A stretch of 63,564 nucleotides of DNA, counting the filler, from Stramenopiles sp. TOSAG23-3 (Eukaryota), in the NCBI GenBank assembly GCA_900128585.1. It is 10 parts of 10 records of this genome, joined end to end, with 100 filler letters (N's around TTAATTAATTAA, not from the genome) between each part and the next. Parts side by side here need not be neighbours in the genome. Positions count along the whole stretch, not along the records: positions 55,562 to 62,378 come from LT643249.1; positions 62,479 to 63,564 come from LT646518.1; 8 more parts are not named here. One strand, given 5' to 3'. The notes under the pieces are model-generated. The model saw only the letters and a program-made list of their open reading frames with translations, made no database searches and was not told where the DNA came from. Both the position numbers and the translations under genes were made by a program. Every line of letters begins with the position of its first letter. The stretch's first letter is position 1. Shown here in pieces: positions 60,165 to 63,564 of this stretch.

Positions 60165-60827
60165 TTACCAGCCCTTTCCAAAATTGCGCGAGGACTTGTG
60201 CGTGTAACTGTCCATGTATCGTTCGCTGCTTTCGTCCAAACCACCCCACAAAGCTGGATCGTCTTCGTCATCGTATGCACTGTATACCTGCGACTTCTTT
60301 TTCTTCTTCTTCTTTTTCTTCTTCTTCTTCGTTGCGGTGGCCTGGGCCTGGGCCGCAATTTGTTTCTGCAAAATGGCGGCCGCTTGCTTGGCACTATTGT
60401 AGTTGATCTTCCGGTTCCTTAGCACCACTTTCAACGCTTCCAGCTGTGCGACGGTCAGCTTGTCGCCCACGGCTGCCAAAACTTCCGTGAGAAACCCCGA
60501 AGTACTGTCTGGGGAAACGTTCTCCGACTTCATCTTCAACGCAATGGCTACAGCCAGGGCTTTGCTGAGCTTGACGGACTCGACCTTCAACGATTCTACC
60601 AAAGCCAAGCTTTCCTCTGGCGTGAGCACGGCCGGGGCTTTCAGCGCGGCCTCGTCCTCCTCGTCGTCATCTAACAGCGCCTCCCAGTCGTCCCCGTCGT
60701 CGTCGCCGTCGCCACCGGGAACGTTGACGTCCGCCGTTTCCCAGTCTTCCTCCTCCTCCTCGTCCCCCGGGACGTTTACCACCCCACTTTCCCAATCTTC
60801 CTCGTCGTCGCCTGCCAATGCTGCCAT
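60165..60827 (-). CDS. Acidic/poly-Lys protein, possibly eIF3j-like
   Basis: Three acidic (E/D)DWE motifs at the N-terminus, a helical core, a K11 tract and an acidic tail. The layout resembles eIF3j. Confidence 0.45.
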   Translation of the reverse strand: MAALAGDDEEDWESGVVNVPGDEEEEEDWETADVNVPGGDGDDDGDDWEALLDDDEEDEAALKAPAVLTPEESLALVESLKVESVKLSKALAVAIALKMKSENVSPDSTSGFLTEVLAAVGDKLTVAQLEALKVVLRNRKINYNSAKQAAAILQKQIAAQAQATATKKKKKKKKKKKKSQVYSAYDDEDDPALWGGLDESSERYMDSYTHKSSRNFGKGW

Positions 60828-61099
60828 AGTACAAACTTAGTTTATGTAAAAATAGATAGTTAGTCTGTCCGTCGTGTATATTTGAGATGTAGATATATGA
60901 TATCCCTCTCCTGCCTAGAAATATATTGCAGAAAAAATCAAAAGGTATGTACAATCACAGGTAAGAAAAGGAGAAGAATAGAGAGAAGGAAGAAAGGATG
61001 AACAAAAGAGTACATAATGAGTTAATAAATCATATATTATAGAATAGACAACAATTTTCTTCTTGTACCAAAAGGTACCAAGGTAGTCGTCGTGTCTTC

Positions 61100-61520
61100 A
61101 TTATTTACTTCTTCTTCTTTCTTCTTCTCTTTCTTCTTTCTTCTTCTTTCTTCTTATTTTATTTACTTCTTCTTCTTTCTTCTTCTTTCTTCTTCTTTCT
61201 TCTTCTTTCTTCCTCTTTCTTCTACTTTCTTCTTCTCTTTCTTCTTTCTTCTTATTTTATTTACTTCTTCTTCTTTCTTCTTCTTTCTTCTTCTTTCTTC
61301 TTCTCTTTCTTCTTTCTTCTTATTATTTACTTCTTCTTCTTTCTTCTGCTTCTTTTTATTTATTTCTTCCTTCTTCCTTCTTCTTCTTCTTCTTCTTCTT
61401 CTTTCTTCTTCTTTCTTCTGCTTCTTTTTATTTATTTCTTCCTTCTTCTTCTTCTTTCTTCTTCTTTCTTCTGCTTCTTTTTATTTATTTATTTTTCTTT
61501 TTATTTCTTTCTTCTCTTTG
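61100..61520. repeat. Pyrimidine-rich low-complexity tract with internal duplications
   Basis: (TTC/TTTC)n with repeated TTATTTACTTCTTCTTCTTTC and TTCTGCTTCTTTTTATTTATTTC blocks. Confidence 0.9.
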
Positions 61521-62478
61521 TGACCAGTGGTTATTTGTATGCTGCTGCTATTATATAATACGACGAGAGGAGGGAGGGAAGCCAAGAGAAGAGAGAAAGA
61601 CAAAAAAACAAAACAATACAATTAAGGATATATATCTTATAATAATGATCAATGCTGTGTATATATAAAAGAGGTATATTTTATCACTTTTTTAATTCTA
61701 TTTCTTTATTCTTAAATATTATTATAATAAATCATCTAAATTCTTATATCTACAATAGCTTTATTTATTCCAAATGGTCTTACATCGTTATCTCTATAAA
61801 CATATATCCTTAATTTATAAATTGCTTCTCTCTCCTCTCTCTCTCTCCATAAAAATTGACCAAATGAATGAATGTACATTTTATAGAATTTAAAATAAAT
61901 ATAATAAAAATATTGACTTAGCTGAAAGAAAGAAATAATGAATTTAATATTAACTTAAGCTTAAATATTTCATCAATAAAAATAGAAAGAAGAAGAGAAA
62001 GTGTGGTATAATGTATAATTTAGATATTAAAATATAACGAAGAAGAAGAAGAAAGATGAAAGAAAGAAAGAAAGAGCAAATACTCCCCTTCCCAATATGT
62101 GGACTACTGTAGTACTATTTAGTATTAATTATATTAGTAATTTAATTTAATTTAATTAATATTTGAAATGAGCTTTCTTCTTCTTCTTTCTTTTTTTTGC
62201 TGTTGTTTTGTTGTTTTATTATTATAGAAAAGCTCTCCTCTCTTTTTTTTCTTCTTCTTTTCTTATTATTATTCTTATTTTTTATTTTATTATATTATTA
62301 TTTAAAATCATCTTCTTCTAGAGATCTTTTTCATTGTTACATTCTCATTCATTCATTTTACGAAGCGGCCGAAGAATTNNNNNNNNNNNNNNNNNNNNNN
62401 NNNNNNNNNNNNNNNNNNNNNNTTAATTAATTAANNNNNNNNNNNNNNNNNNNNNNNNNNNNNNNNNNNNNNNNNNNN

Positions 62479-62691
62479 GAGGGGGAAACCCCGAAGAGCA
62501 CCGCCGCAGCGCTTAAAAAGTTCTACTCGTGCGTCCCGATGCTGGGCGGGTTCCTTGGCCACGTGCCGGACAAGTGTATCGCCGACTTGAAGGCGGGGAT
62601 CTGCACGCTGGCGCTGCCGAGCTGCGGGGCCAAGTGCACGGGGCGGGTCGCGTGCCGGTCCGAGTGCAAGGCGATCCACGTCGTTCATTAA
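62479..62691 (+). pseudogene. Fragment of a Frizzled-type cysteine-rich domain (not in the ORF track)
   Basis: Translates to ..DKCIADLKAGICTLALPSCGAKCTGRVACRSECKAIHVVH*. The Cys spacing is Fz-CRD-like and the frame ends abruptly. Confidence 0.55.
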
Positions 62692-62749
62692 CAAAGACAC
62701 CCTGGGGCCAATCCAGCCTGGAGGAGCCACGGAGGGAATAGTGAAAGGG

Positions 62750-63372
62750 ATGGTCGGCGACGACGAGATGTTTTCCGCCAGTGCCCGTCGTCGTCGAGGC
62801 GCCCGAGGAGCCAGACGCGTTCGCGGGCATCGAGCTCGACGTTTCGGCGGTAACGCGGGGGTGGGGGGGGCCCGGCGACGAAGGGGCCGCGACCGTCGCG
62901 CCCCCTCCGGAGGAGGAACCCCCGCCGGGGGTCGTCGAGGAATCCCCCCTCCCAACGGACGACTTCCAGGCGTACGTCCAGCGGGTGACGGCGGAGCTGA
63001 CGGTGCTCGAAACGGGGCAGGGCGAAACGGAGGCGGAGCAGCGAAAGGCGCAGGAGACGGTCGAGTCGTACCGGACGGATCTGGCGCTGGCCGAGAAGAA
63101 GCAGACGGTGGCGATCGAACAGGAGGACTACGACGCCGCGGAACAGTTCAACGTGTCGATTTCCGACCGCCAGCAGCTGCTTCAGTCAAGGTGGCGACCG
63201 AGACGGCGACGCACACGGGCGAGAAAGAGAAGTGGGAGGGTGGGAGGGTGAGCGGGCCCGGGTCCAGGCGGACTTCGACGCGCTGATGGCGCAGCTGCGG
63301 GAAAAGGAGGGTGAGATGAAGGCCATCGTGGAGCGGGTCGACGAGAGCGAGACCAGCATCAGCCAAAAATAA
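62750..63372 (+). pseudogene. Frameshifted GC-rich fragment of a UVR-motif coiled-coil protein
   Basis: AIEQEDYDAAEQF (UVR-like). Frame changes near 63185 and at the 8-bp duplication TGGGAGGG (63233-63248). Abrupt switch to AT-rich DNA at about 63365. Confidence 0.6.
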
Positions 63373-63564
63373 TAATAAAATAATAATGATAATAAGATGT
63401 AATTGGTAACAAATGAGTATATAGTATATATGCTTTAAGACTCCCATTTTGTATCTCAGAGTCTACATCTCAACAGCTTTCACCCAGTTTTTCATGGCGT
63501 GCGCTTCCGTTTCTTTGGATTTGCCTTGCAATTTTTTTGGTGGTTAACTCTTTTTTTGTACGAA

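Noticed and set aside
61092-61523. Phe/Ser/Leu-rich ORF, and similar ORFs at 52486-52720 and 56844-57134
   Set aside because: Translations of TTC/GAA low-complexity DNA.
13931-62378. Functional clustering across the window (ubiquitin, ciliary, nuclear-envelope genes)
   Set aside because: The genes lie on separate, length-sorted contigs.
1-63564. tRNA, rRNA, transposase or reverse transcriptase genes
   Set aside because: None recognised by eye; a covariance-model scan could still find small RNAs.

Overview
Eukaryotic nuclear DNA from an intron-poor, flagellated protist. A stramenopile-like heterotroph is my guess, not a determination. The window is not one locus: it is ten unrelated ~6.8 kb contigs joined by artificial 100-bp spacers (44 N + TTAATTAATTAA + 44 N) in decreasing length order, so adjacency means something only within a contig. 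About 27 mostly intronless genes or fragments are present. Recognisable ones are CFAP57, Aladin (AAAS), SLU7, SPRYD7, a plant/fungal-type Fpg, a Ca-binding mitochondrial carrier, an FMN reductase, a TFIIB-family factor, a PDZ-TBC RabGAP, an ER FKBP, DUF711, a BspA LRR protein, an F-box protein and a P2X-like channel. Highlights: (1) an exact 25-bp motif in sense orientation just after the stop codons of unrelated genes on different contigs; (2) a contig bounded by a perfect 79-bp inverted repeat and carrying two chromatin-reader genes that share an unusual C2HC finger; (3) a STRA6-like membrane protein revealed by splicing the only clear intron; (4) an RBR ubiquitin ligase with two Cul7/PARC-type CPH-like domains; (5) a stand-alone NEMP C-terminal-like domain; (6) SLU7 lacking its zinc knuckle; (7) single-lesion gene interruptions (in-frame TAG in an SNF2 helicase, G7 frameshift in an adhesin). 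All family assignments are from motif recognition by eye; no searches were run.
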